Shown: positions 17,128 through 26,495, numbered from the stretch's first letter. The stretch is 26,993 bases of DNA from Candidatus Methylomirabilota bacterium (GCA_046726415.1 JBKPAK010000265.1:1-26993), one strand, 5' to 3'. Numbers and translations: made by a program. Notes: generated from the letters alone by a model not told the origin.

Positions 17128-17510
17128 AGCCGGGGGAGATTCTGCTCGGCGAAGGGCCGATCATCCTCAACGAGGGGCGGCGGACGGACGAGATCGACGT
17201 CGAGAACACCTCGGACCACACGATCTTCGTCAGCTCGCACTACCCCTTCTTCGAGGTGAACCGGCGGCTCCGCTTCGATCGCGCGCGCGCGTGGGGCATG
17301 CACCTCGACATCCCCGCCGGCGATTCGGAGCGCTGGCGTCCGGGGGAGATCCGGCGCGTGCGGCTGGTCGCCTTCGGCGGCCGCGGAGTCCAGGTCGGCT
17401 TCAATCGGCTCACCGAGGGGGCGACCAGCCCCCAGCGGCTCGCCGAGGGCCTCGAGCGGGCTCGGCGCGCCGGCTATGCCCACCGCGGAGCGACCGATCA
17501 TGGCGCGTGA
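17124..17510 (+). CDS. ureB: Urease-like beta subunit (divergent)
   Basis: MKPGEI...ILNEGR...VENTSD..I.VSSHYPFFEVN..L.FDR..A.GM.LDIPAG...PG..R.V.LV.FGG; ATGA overlap with ureA. Confidence 0.9.
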   Translation: MKPGEILLGEGPIILNEGRRTDEIDVENTSDHTIFVSSHYPFFEVNRRLRFDRARAWGMHLDIPAGDSERWRPGEIRRVRLVAFGGRGVQVGFNRLTEGATSPQRLAEGLERARRAGYAHRGATDHGA

Positions 17511-19170
17511 GATCGGCCGCGACGAGTACGCGGCGCGGTACGGGCTAACGGCGGGCGACCGGATTCGCCTCGGCGACACGAATCTGGTGGCCATGATCGA
17601 GCGCGACGAGACCAGCTACGGCGACGAGGTGCTGCGCGGCTGGGGCAAGACCATGCGCACCGGCCTCATGATGAACGACCGGCTGCCTGCGGCCAGCGAG
17701 CTCGATCTCCTCATCAGCAACGTCATCGTGATCGACCCGGTGCTGGGCGTCCTGAAGGCGAGCATCGGCGTGAAGGATGGGCTGATCGCGGGGGTGGGGC
17801 GAGCCGGCAACCCCGACATCGTCGACAACCCCGATCTGCTCATCGGCTCGGCCACCGCGCCCCTGTACGGCCAGGGGTTCATCGCCACGCCGGGAGGCGT
17901 CGACACGCACGTCCACCTCGTGCAGCCGCGCCTGATCCCGGTGGCCTTGGCCGCTGGCATGACCACCCTGATCACCGGCGGCCTCAACGACAATCCCACT
18001 GTCAACCTGCGCCGGATGTTCGAGGCCTTCGAGCACCAGCCCATCAACCTGGGAATCCTGGGCCGCGCGGCGGCCACGGTCGCCGATCCCCTGATCCGGC
18101 AAATCGAGTCGGGCGCCTGCGGGCTCAAGGTGCACGAGGACTACGCCGGGTACCCGAGCGTCATCGATCAGGCGCTGACGGTGGCCGACCTCCACGACGT
18201 CCAGATCGCCATGCACACCGACGGCATCAACGAGTCGTGCGAGCTGCACGAGACGGTGGCGGCCATCGACGGACGGGCCATCCACGCCTACCACGTCGAG
18301 GGCATCGGCGGCGGCCATGCCCCCGACATCCTAGCGATCGTGGGCGTCGGCAACGTCATCGGCTCCTCCACCACGCCGACCATTCCCTATGGCCGCAACG
18401 TGGTGGCCGAGCACCACGCCATGATGTGGTCGGTGCACGGCATGAACCCCAACGTGCCGAGCGACCGGGTGATGATCGCCGACCGCATCCGCGACAACAC
18501 CATGCGCGCGGAAAGCATCCTGCACGAGCTCGGCGCCATCAGCATCATCAACTCGGACTCGCAGGGCATGGGGCGCATCGGCGAGTCCATCCGGCGCACC
18601 TGGCAGCTCGCCCACCAGATGAAGATCCTGGCCAGTGCCGAGCCGCCCCACGATAACTCGCGCATCGCGAAGTACCTCGCCAAGTACACGATCAATCCCG
18701 CCCGCGCCCACGGCATCCACCCGTGGGTCGGCTCGCTCGAGCCGGGGAAGATCGCCGATATCGTCCTCTGGCGGCCGGAGTTCTTCGGGGTCAAGCCAGA
18801 GCTGGTGATCAAGGGCGGCTACGTCGCCTGGGGCGCCCTCGGCGAGGGCAACGCGTCGATTCCCCAGAGCGAGCCGGTGCTGTACGCGCCGCACTGGGGC
18901 GCTCACGGGATGGCTCCGGCCAGCCTCAGCGCCAACTTCGTCTCCGCCGCCGCGGCGGCGGCGGACTTCCGCCATCAGGTTGGCGGCCGGCGGCGCGCCC
19001 TCGCGGTCACGGGCACGCGTCAGGTGGGCAAGCGGCACATGCTCTACAACCAGGCCAGTCCGCGGATCGAGATCGACCCGCGCACCGTGGAGATCCGCAT
19101 CGACGGCCAGCCGCTCCCCGCGCTGCCCGGCGGCGATGTGCCGCTGAACCGCCGCTACTTCCTCCTCTGA
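17500..19170 (+). CDS. ureC: Urease-like alpha (catalytic) subunit, divergent
   Basis: 556 aa; GDRIRLGDT, DTHVH, GLKVHED, MHTD, AYHVEG.GGGHAPD, SDSQ.MGR.GE, YLAKYTINPA, PLNRRYFLL. Confidence 0.92.
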   Translation: MAREIGRDEYAARYGLTAGDRIRLGDTNLVAMIERDETSYGDEVLRGWGKTMRTGLMMNDRLPAASELDLLISNVIVIDPVLGVLKASIGVKDGLIAGVGRAGNPDIVDNPDLLIGSATAPLYGQGFIATPGGVDTHVHLVQPRLIPVALAAGMTTLITGGLNDNPTVNLRRMFEAFEHQPINLGILGRAAATVADPLIRQIESGACGLKVHEDYAGYPSVIDQALTVADLHDVQIAMHTDGINESCELHETVAAIDGRAIHAYHVEGIGGGHAPDILAIVGVGNVIGSSTTPTIPYGRNVVAEHHAMMWSVHGMNPNVPSDRVMIADRIRDNTMRAESILHELGAISIINSDSQGMGRIGESIRRTWQLAHQMKILASAEPPHDNSRIAKYLAKYTINPARAHGIHPWVGSLEPGKIADIVLWRPEFFGVKPELVIKGGYVAWGALGEGNASIPQSEPVLYAPHWGAHGMAPASLSANFVSAAAAAADFRHQVGGRRRALAVTGTRQVGKRHMLYNQASPRIEIDPRTVEIRIDGQPLPALPGGDVPLNRRYFLL

Positions 19171-20000
19171 TTCCCCCCGCCGGGCGGCGTCCCGTCGTTG
19201 AGCGTCATCCCCGTGATGTGCCCCACGATCTCCGCGTGGTTCGTCTCTCTGGCGAGCCGGTGGGCCACCAGTCGTCCCGCGCGCAGGACCCAGATCCGGT
19301 CGGCCACGGCCAAAATCTGAGGAATGTTGTGGCTGACGATGAGGAGGCACAGATTCGCGTCGCGGAGCTTCCGGATGACGTCCATGACGCGCTCGCTCTC
19401 GCGGACGCCGAGCGCGGCCGTTGGCTCATCCATGATGATCGTCCGCGCACCCCATGCCGTCGCGCGCGCGATGCTGACACCCTGGCGTTGTCCACCGGAA
19501 AGCTGCCGAACTTCCGTCGAGGGGTCCACGTTGGTGATCCCGAAACCGGCCAGGACCTCTCGGGCGCGCCGGCGCATCGCACGGCGATCGAGCGTGGAGC
19601 CCTGCCACCAGGGACGGCAGATCTCCCGCCCCAGAAAGATGTTCATGGCGACGTCGAAGTACTCTACGAGGCCGAGCTCCTGATACACCGCCTCGATGCC
19701 CGCGAGTCGCGCGTCCAGGGGACTCTCGAACTTCATGGATTTGTCGTCGATGCGGATCTCGCCGGAGTCGGGCTGGTAGACTCCCGACAGGCACTTGATC
19801 AACGTCGACTTGCCGGCGCCGTTCTCTCCGACGAGGGCGGTGACCTCGCCGGCGAGCGCCCAGAGCGACACGTCGTCGAGGGCTCTCACGCCTCCAAAGT
19901 GCTTGGTGAGGGAAACCGCATCGAGGACGGGCCGCCGGATCGGGCCGGGTGCGGCTGTCCTCGAGATCAAGGTCGAGCGGCCTCCAGGCTGGCCCGCCAC
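19155..20000 (-). CDS. Sugar-type (CUT2) ABC transporter ATP-binding protein, single domain
   Basis: KHFGGVRAL, Walker A GENGAGKST, LSGGQRQ, IIMDEPTAALG, VSHN; exact start uncertain. Confidence 0.92.
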   Translation of the reverse strand: MAGQPGGRSTLISRTAAPGPIRRPVLDAVSLTKHFGGVRALDDVSLWALAGEVTALVGENGAGKSTLIKCLSGVYQPDSGEIRIDDKSMKFESPLDARLAGIEAVYQELGLVEYFDVAMNIFLGREICRPWWQGSTLDRRAMRRRAREVLAGFGITNVDPSTEVRQLSGGQRQGVSIARATAWGARTIIMDEPTAALGVRESERVMDVIRKLRDANLCLLIVSHNIPQILAVADRIWVLRAGRLVAHRLARETNHAEIVGHITGMTLNDGTPPGGGNQRRK

Positions 20001-20872
20001 ACGTCAGCGAAGCCATCGCGGCCGGCTCTGAGCAGGTCGGTGGGCGGCCACTGCCACAGAGAGTCCGCATAGACGGTCCCGAGGGTGCCGTCGTCGGAGA
20101 AGATCTCGAGCTCGTACCATCCCGAAAACCGGGAGTCGCGAACCGCTTGCAAGATGGCCGTCAGGTCCATGTCACCGCGGCCGGGGAGGGCGCGGTCGCC
20201 CCAGCCTCGAGCGGCGGACGAGCGATCGTTCACCTGGACCCCCACGACTGCCTCCCCGTGGGCACGGATGTCCGTCAACGCTTGCGGGGAATCCCAGAAG
20301 TGCCACGTGTCGATCAGCACATCGATGTTCGAGGCCCCGATGTCGGCGATCAGGGCGCGCGCCTCGGGAATCGTCGCCGCGAGACTCCCCCCGGGTCCCG
20401 GCCGGATGACCTCCAGCGCCAGGCGAACATTCACCTCACCGGCCACGTAGGCCGCCTCGCGCAACGCCTCCACGACCCGGGACCGCGCCGTGGTCACGCC
20501 GACGTCGCGGGGTGGGCCGGCAAGGCACGCCACGGCGAGCGGCGTGAATCGGGCCAGACGCCGGATCCCGGATTTGAGGAGCGTCAACCGCTCCCGGTGA
20601 TCCTTCGGCTCGGAGAACAGGACGTCGCCGTAGATGACGCCGGGGACATTCGGAAAGCAGAAGGTGGCGGTCAGGCCACTTTCCTGAAAACGCGCGACCG
20701 TCTCGTCGTCGCGGCCCGCGGGAAGCTTGTACTCCCAGAGGCCGATCCCCTTGATGTCGAGCGCGCGGTAATTGGCCAGATCCTCGGCGAACGTCGAGTG
20801 ATAGGTCGTGCACGCACTGACCGCGAATGGCGGCAACCCGCCTCCAGCATCGTCGTTCCGCTGCATGGACAT
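19967..20872 (-). CDS. Sugar phosphate isomerase/epimerase family (xylose isomerase-like TIM barrel)
   Basis: RLALE, LIDTWH, VQVND, RALPGRG, GWYELEIFS metal/catalytic pattern; GGAGG RBS. Confidence 0.88.
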   Translation of the reverse strand: MSMQRNDDAGGGLPPFAVSACTTYHSTFAEDLANYRALDIKGIGLWEYKLPAGRDDETVARFQESGLTATFCFPNVPGVIYGDVLFSEPKDHRERLTLLKSGIRRLARFTPLAVACLAGPPRDVGVTTARSRVVEALREAAYVAGEVNVRLALEVIRPGPGGSLAATIPEARALIADIGASNIDVLIDTWHFWDSPQALTDIRAHGEAVVGVQVNDRSSAARGWGDRALPGRGDMDLTAILQAVRDSRFSGWYELEIFSDDGTLGTVYADSLWQWPPTDLLRAGRDGFADVWRASLEAARP

Positions 20873-20894
20873 CCCGTCCTCCGTCGAGCCGCCG

Positions 20895-21917
20895 CTACGC
20901 CCGCCGCGCTCGGAGCTGCGCGGCCGCGACGGCGATGATCAAGGCCAGTCCGTTGAACACCGGCTGGACCCACGAGGGAGCTCCGAGCTGCTGGACCCCG
21001 TTCACCAGCACGACCAGCAGCAACAGCGCCGTGGCCGTCCCGGCCACGTTGAACTTGCCCGGGACGATCAAGGTGGATCCCAGGAAGATCGCGGCAAATG
21101 ACGGAAGGAGGAGCTCGATGCCGGCTTCCGGACTCGCCGCCGCGATATTTGCGGTATAGAGAATGCCCGCGAGTCCCGCCAGGGCGCTCGAGATCACCAG
21201 GGCCGCCCAGGTCAGGCGATCCGTCGCCACCCCGGCCATGCGGGCGGCCTGCTTGTTCCCGCCGTTGGCGTACATGTGCTGACCGACCGCGCGCAGGTGG
21301 AACACGAACGCCGCCGCGGCGATGACGGCCAGCATCACGTAGACCGACACCTGAACCTCGAACAATCGAGTCTGCCCGATGGCGATCAGGTCCCGCGGCA
21401 TGCCGAAGAGCACCTTGCCGCCGGTGACCCACAGGGTGAGTCCCGATAGCACCGTGCCCGTGCCCAAGGTGGCGATGAACGACATGATGCCAATCTTCAC
21501 GACCAGGAACCCGTTGACGACTCCGACGATGGCCGCCGCGACCATCCCCGCCAGCGCGGCCGCGATCGCCGGCCATCCGTGCTCGATCGAGAGCCACGCG
21601 ACGAGCGCGCCGACGAAGCCGGAGAGAAACCCGATCGACAGATCGAATTCACCGTTGATGGCGGCACACAAAAGGCCCAGGGCCGCGATGGCCAGGAAAC
21701 TCTGGGACACCAGCATAGTTCTAAAGTTCAGGACGGTGGGAAAGGTCTCCGGGAGCAGCAGACTGAAGGCGATGAGCAGGATGGCGAGGACGTAGAGACC
21801 TCCGAACCGATAGAGGCCCGGGATCCTGATGGCGGCGAGGCTGGCCGGCCCCCGCACCGCCGCCTCGGGGGCCCTCGGCTCGGGACTGGACTCGGGCGGC
21901 GAGGTCCCGACGCTCAC
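20895..21917 (-). CDS. Sugar-type ABC transporter permease (RbsC-like)
   Basis: GEFDLSIG, SFIATLG, G..MYA.GGN..AARMAGV, AAIFLGST; GTG overlaps the upstream TGA. Confidence 0.92.
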   Translation of the reverse strand: MSVGTSPPESSPEPRAPEAAVRGPASLAAIRIPGLYRFGGLYVLAILLIAFSLLLPETFPTVLNFRTMLVSQSFLAIAALGLLCAAINGEFDLSIGFLSGFVGALVAWLSIEHGWPAIAAALAGMVAAAIVGVVNGFLVVKIGIMSFIATLGTGTVLSGLTLWVTGGKVLFGMPRDLIAIGQTRLFEVQVSVYVMLAVIAAAAFVFHLRAVGQHMYANGGNKQAARMAGVATDRLTWAALVISSALAGLAGILYTANIAAASPEAGIELLLPSFAAIFLGSTLIVPGKFNVAGTATALLLLVVLVNGVQQLGAPSWVQPVFNGLALIIAVAAAQLRARRA

Positions 21918-22990
21918 CTTGCGCTGGCGGCCCGATTGACCTCGACGAGCACTTTCAGCTCGCCACGACCGGGATCGATGAGCGCCTCGAATCCGCCCGT
22001 GACGATCTCATCGCGTCGCGTGCGCGAGGTCACCACCCGCTCGACCGGGTACCGTCCGGTCGCGATCAGCGCGACCGTGCGGTCCCAGGCCTCCTGGGTG
22101 TAGCCCAGCGACCCCACGATGGAGACCGGCTTGCGGGTGACTGATCGTATGTCGATCTCCATCGGTCGGGGATGGACCGACGGCACACTCACGACTCCAC
22201 CAGGGCGGAGAGCTTCGATGCACAGGTTGACGGTGCCGGGCTTCCCGGCGCAGTCGATGGCGATATCGACTCCCAGGCCGTTGGTCAGATCCCTGAGCTC
22301 CCGGAGCTGCTCTGCGGCCTCGCCGTCGAGGTGTGCGGCGGCACCCAGCTGGAGCGCGATCGCCGCCCGCTTGGGATTCGGCTCGGACACGTAGATCCGG
22401 GCCGCCCCGGCGACGAGCGACGCCAGGATCGCCAGCGAGCCGATCGGCCCGCAGCCCACGATCAGGACGGTATCGCCGGAGGCCACCCCGCCGCGCAAGA
22501 CCGCATTGAGAGAGACGGCGGCCGGCTCGACTACGGCGCCTTGCTCATCGGTCAGCGAGCCCAGCCTGGTGACCTCATACGACTGCACCAGGGCGAGGTC
22601 TCCGAATCCTCCCCACCGATCGGAGATGCCCAGCCACGCCTTCTGGGGACAGAGGATGAAGTCACCTCTGAGGCAGAGCGGGCACGACCCGCAATAGTGC
22701 AGCGGCATCACCGCGACGCGGTCGCCCGGGCGCACGTTCGCGATCGCCGAGCCCACCGCGACCACCTTCGCCGAGAACTCGTGTCCCAGGATCAGCGGCT
22801 TGCAGGCTCCGGTCAACGGATGCGGCTGATCGGGAACGCTGCCCCCTGGCCCCACGTACTCCTTGACGTCCGTGCCACACAAGCCGCCCCACAGCGGGGC
22901 CACCAGGATCTCGGAGGGGCGGGGCGCGCCTGGCTCGGGGACCTCGTCGATCCGAATATCGCGCAATCCGTGAACGCGTGCCGCCCGCAT
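21914..22990 (-). CDS. Zn-dependent medium-chain alcohol dehydrogenase (butanediol/sorbitol dehydrogenase-like)
   Basis: GLCGTD, LGHEFS, CGSCPLC..G...LC structural Zn site, VEP, GCGPIG; GGAGGGGAG RBS. Confidence 0.92.
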   Translation of the reverse strand: MRAARVHGLRDIRIDEVPEPGAPRPSEILVAPLWGGLCGTDVKEYVGPGGSVPDQPHPLTGACKPLILGHEFSAKVVAVGSAIANVRPGDRVAVMPLHYCGSCPLCLRGDFILCPQKAWLGISDRWGGFGDLALVQSYEVTRLGSLTDEQGAVVEPAAVSLNAVLRGGVASGDTVLIVGCGPIGSLAILASLVAGAARIYVSEPNPKRAAIALQLGAAAHLDGEAAEQLRELRDLTNGLGVDIAIDCAGKPGTVNLCIEALRPGGVVSVPSVHPRPMEIDIRSVTRKPVSIVGSLGYTQEAWDRTVALIATGRYPVERVVTSRTRRDEIVTGGFEALIDPGRGELKVLVEVNRAASAR

Positions 22991-22999
22991 GCTCCCCTC

Positions 23000-24127
23000 C
23001 TATTTGCCCCAGAATTTCCGCCATTCGGCCTTGTAGTCGAAGGGGCCGGTGTAGCCGACCCCCGGCGCCGTCACCCCGGCGTGGTTTTCCTGCGTGATCA
23101 ACTGTACCGGGACCCGGTTGCCGGCGCGGGGCTGGCGATTGAGGGCCCGGTTCAGCTCATCGATCGCCGCCCAGCCCGACGCTTCGGACGCGGCGCCCAC
23201 GCACGCCCACTGCACGTCGCGCGCGGCCACGCGCGCGACCTCGTCGGGCACGCAGTCGAACGAGATCAGCTTGACCTTCTTTTCGAACTGCGGGCCGAGC
23301 TGCTTGACGCCCTGGACGACGTACACCGCGTACGCGCCGATGTCGATCATGATGTAGTTCACGTCGGGATGGCGCTGCAGCAGCGCCTGCGTCCGCTGCG
23401 GCACCGTCTGCGGAACCTCGGCGCTCGTATAGGTCTCGGCGGCGGCCACCTTGCAGTCGGTGCACTCCTTCAGCACCGCCTGCACACCGGCATCGCGCTG
23501 CTGGACGGTGCGATTGACGGGGTTGAGGAAGAGAAGGGCATTGACCTTGGTCCCCGAGGCCGGCCCATCGGCGACGATCCAGCTCCCGACCTTCCGGCCT
23601 TCCAGGAAGTCGTCCATCCCCGCGTCGGCAAACACCTGGTCCGGGTTCGTACCCGGTTCATTTCCGGCCATCGTGGACACCACGGGGATTCCACGGGCAT
23701 GGGCGTCACGCATGGCATCGCCCACCACGCGCTGGTCCATCGCCACCAGGACGATGCCGTCGAACTTCTGGGTGAGGACCGTCCGAAAGGCGGCGAGGCG
23801 GCCCTGGTTCGTGCCCTGGCCATCGAACTCGACGGTGGTCCACCCGACGGCCGCGGCGGCCTCCTTGACCCCGCGCGCCTGCAGCTGAGCGCCAGTGCTT
23901 CGAGCGGTGGCCAGGATCACGGCGATCCGCAAGCCAGGCTTGAAGGGCGGCGCCGGCGTCGAGGGACGGACGTCGGCGAACGTCGGCGGCTTCATGGACG
24001 CCCTGACCAGCTCCTGCGCCTTCTTCAAGTAATCTGGGGAAGGCTCCTGCGCCTCGCCGCTCCACGCAGTGGCGGCGAGGCCAAGGGCACCAAGCAGGAT
24101 GGCGAGTCTCCGCGCGGACAAGGTCAT
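23000..24127 (-). CDS. Sugar-type ABC transporter substrate-binding protein
   Basis: 375 aa from ATG 24127 (GAGGAG RBS); signal peptide MTLSARRLAILLGALGLAATAWS; GVKEAAAAVGW, FDGQG, DGIVL, ARGIPVV, GWAAIDELNRAL. Confidence 0.88.
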   Translation of the reverse strand: MTLSARRLAILLGALGLAATAWSGEAQEPSPDYLKKAQELVRASMKPPTFADVRPSTPAPPFKPGLRIAVILATARSTGAQLQARGVKEAAAAVGWTTVEFDGQGTNQGRLAAFRTVLTQKFDGIVLVAMDQRVVGDAMRDAHARGIPVVSTMAGNEPGTNPDQVFADAGMDDFLEGRKVGSWIVADGPASGTKVNALLFLNPVNRTVQQRDAGVQAVLKECTDCKVAAAETYTSAEVPQTVPQRTQALLQRHPDVNYIMIDIGAYAVYVVQGVKQLGPQFEKKVKLISFDCVPDEVARVAARDVQWACVGAASEASGWAAIDELNRALNRQPRAGNRVPVQLITQENHAGVTAPGVGYTGPFDYKAEWRKFWGK

Positions 24128-24137
24128 CTGTGACTCC

Positions 24138-25361
24138 TCATGACAGGCCGTGCCACTTCGCGATATAGAGACCGGTGTTCTTCTCGGTGAAGTAGACGAC
24201 TCCGCGAGCATCCACCAGAACGTCCTCGACCTGTGTCACCAGGGTGCGCGGCAATGGTCCGATTCGCGACGGCGGGTCCTTCGGAATCATGTAGGCGACC
24301 TCGGCGACATGGTGGGGATCGCGGAGGTCGAACACCCGAAGGCCGGCGTTGAAATAGGTCAGGAAGCAGAGGGTCTCGTCCTGGAAGAGATGCGGGTTGC
24401 CGGTCCCGATGTGCTGGTTGTGGGGACCGAAGCGTCCCCCTCTGGCGCAGAACGAATCGTACGAGGCGCCGCGCGGAGGTCGCGGGGTGGGAAAGAGGCT
24501 GATCATCCGGGGCGCCGTCGGGTCGGTGACGTCGATGAGTCCGGCGTAGTTGACCGGCTCGTCGCAGCCTTCCGCCAGCGCCTCCGAGTTCAGCACGACG
24601 AGATTTCGCCCGGGAAGCGGCACGGCCGAGTGGGCGGCGATCCGAGTTCCGAGCGGAGGGCGAACCTTGAGTTGACCGACGAGCGTCGGCCGCTCCGGAG
24701 TTGCCACGTCGACGATGACCAGCCCATGGCCCCCGTACGGGAGGTAGGCGAGACTCCCCACCCGTATGGAGGGTCCGTGCACCCCGAAGGGAGGATCGCC
24801 GGCGGGGTGCCGTCCCGGTGCCTGATCGGGCATGCTGAAGCGCCCGATCTCGCGCGGAGCCGTCGGCTCACTCACATCCACGAGCACGAGGATGAGTCCC
24901 ACCTGTCCTGCCACGCGCGCGCTCAGGTGGAGGATCCCGAGATCGTCGAAGCCGTTGCGGTGCGTCCCGTGGTGCCCTGTCTTGAAATGACTCAGCCGTC
25001 TGGGATTCGACGGATCCGCGATGTCCCAGATGAATACGCCCTCGCTGAACGGCGCCTTGGACTCGCCGCCCCAGTCGGGCGGGATGGGTTCCAGCGACGT
25101 CGCCAGCAGGTCGCCTCTGAGGGTGACCTGGAGCGTCCACGTGCTGGGAGGCCCGGGAATGAAGCCAACGCGCTCTGGCGAGCCAGGGTCGGTGACATCG
25201 AGGATCGACCAGCCGCTGTGCCAGAGATGACTCACGTAGAGGAAGTGTCGGTCGGCCTTGACCGTCAGCGCGAGCTTGAACCCGGGCCGCCCGTCGAGGC
25301 CATGGTAGGAAATAGCCTCGAGCGGTCCCTCGGCAGCAGCGACCCACTCCCTGGTGGCCAT
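24138..25361 (-). CDS. LVIVD-repeat beta-propeller protein, His-rich
   Basis: Repeats WSILDVTDPGSP, VFIWDIADPSNP, VLVDVSEPTAP, LVIVDVATPERP, LIDVTDPTAP, LRVFDLRDP; conserved-looking GTHRN, VHGP, AHSAVP, RFGPHNQH; RBS before ATG 25361/25364. Confidence 0.85.
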   Translation of the reverse strand: MATREWVAAAEGPLEAISYHGLDGRPGFKLALTVKADRHFLYVSHLWHSGWSILDVTDPGSPERVGFIPGPPSTWTLQVTLRGDLLATSLEPIPPDWGGESKAPFSEGVFIWDIADPSNPRRLSHFKTGHHGTHRNGFDDLGILHLSARVAGQVGLILVLVDVSEPTAPREIGRFSMPDQAPGRHPAGDPPFGVHGPSIRVGSLAYLPYGGHGLVIVDVATPERPTLVGQLKVRPPLGTRIAAHSAVPLPGRNLVVLNSEALAEGCDEPVNYAGLIDVTDPTAPRMISLFPTPRPPRGASYDSFCARGGRFGPHNQHIGTGNPHLFQDETLCFLTYFNAGLRVFDLRDPHHVAEVAYMIPKDPPSRIGPLPRTLVTQVEDVLVDARGVVYFTEKNTGLYIAKWHGLS

Positions 25362-25414
25362 CATTCTCCTCTGCCTCCTCGGCACTCTCCTGGCGCTGCT
25401 CGATGCCCGCCGAC

Positions 25415-26452
25415 TCAGATCTTGAGGAGCTTTGCCGCAGTGTCCCCCAGCATCGCCGCGCGGTCGGCGTCGGTGAGGCCGGGCGTGCCGAGGATGTGGT
25501 CGACTGACGTCTTCGTCCACGGATACGGATAGTCGGTGCCCATGAGGATTTGCCCGGGCCCGATCTCGGTCGCCAGGTGGCGCAGCGCTTCCGGCGTGAA
25601 CACGATCGAATCGACGTAGAGGTGACGCAGGTACTCGGTCGGCCTCTTCTTGAGCTGCCCGGTCAGTCGGTGGGGAAAGGTCGTGCAGATGGCGTCGGAA
25701 CGCGCCGCGTACGACGGCAGATATCCTCCGCCGTGGGCCGCGCAGATCTTCAGGCCGGGAAACCGGTCGAGCGTGCCCTCGAAGATCAGGTGCGAGAGCG
25801 CGATGGTCGTTTCCAGGGGATTGCCGATGGTGTTGGTCAGCACGCCGTTGCCGTTCAACCGGCCGCTCTGCTCCAGCTCTGCCGTCCCCTGCGGGTGCAC
25901 GAAGACGAGCACATCCAGTTCCTCGACCTTGGCCCAGAACGGGTGGAACTTGGGGTCGGCCAGCTCCACGCCCTCCACGCTGCCGCCCGTCGAGACCCCG
26001 CGCAGGCCGAATTTCTTGATCCCGTCCTGCAGCTGCTCCACGGCCAGATCCGGATGCTGGAGGGCCACCGTGGCGAAGGCGACGAAACGATCGGGCATGG
26101 CCGCGCAGATCTCGGCCAGCTTCTCGTTCTGAACGGCGATGAGCCTGCGGGCGACGTCGCGATCCGCCGTGTACCAGAACGGATTGATGCTCAGCGCTTC
26201 GACGTCGATGCCCTGCTCGTCCATCGCGCGGAGCCGGTCCACGGGCTGGGACATGCGCAGCGCGGGCTCGATCTCCTTGCCGACCAGGGCCATGGCCTCG
26301 GGCACCGCGCAGTGCGCGTGGATGTCGACAGTCCGCACGCGGCGGCCGCTGACGACGACTTCGCGACGCCGCCCCCGGGGCGCCACCGCCGGCGCTGCCT
26401 GCTGCTCGCACCCGACAAACACGACGCCGGCCTTCTCCTGATCAGTACTCAT
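25415..26452 (-). CDS. Amidohydrolase family 2 protein (ACMSD/decarboxylase-like)
   Basis: 345 aa; DIHAH, MDEQGID, QNEKLAE, FVHP, AAHGGGYLP...R, GTDYPY; GGAG RBS. Confidence 0.92.
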   Translation of the reverse strand: MSTDQEKAGVVFVGCEQQAAPAVAPRGRRREVVVSGRRVRTVDIHAHCAVPEAMALVGKEIEPALRMSQPVDRLRAMDEQGIDVEALSINPFWYTADRDVARRLIAVQNEKLAEICAAMPDRFVAFATVALQHPDLAVEQLQDGIKKFGLRGVSTGGSVEGVELADPKFHPFWAKVEELDVLVFVHPQGTAELEQSGRLNGNGVLTNTIGNPLETTIALSHLIFEGTLDRFPGLKICAAHGGGYLPSYAARSDAICTTFPHRLTGQLKKRPTEYLRHLYVDSIVFTPEALRHLATEIGPGQILMGTDYPYPWTKTSVDHILGTPGLTDADRAAMLGDTAAKLLKI

Positions 26453-26495
26453 CGTCTCCCCTCCCGTCGGCTTATCCGCTCCCCACCGCCCACGG

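Noticed and set aside
22172-25532. Long plus-strand ORFs (653 aa, 460 aa) and similar antisense ORFs elsewhere (1567..2814, 13173..14585, 8597..10279)
   Set aside because: Shadow ORFs expected from high-GC3 codon usage opposite or overlapping well-supported genes; no recognisable motifs.
25365-26411. 350-codon upstream extension of the 757-aa ORF 24138..26411
   Set aside because: Arg/Pro/Gly-rich alternative frame over the amidohydrolase; the real LVIVD start has its own RBS at ~25361-25364. No slippery site noticed that would suggest a programmed fusion.
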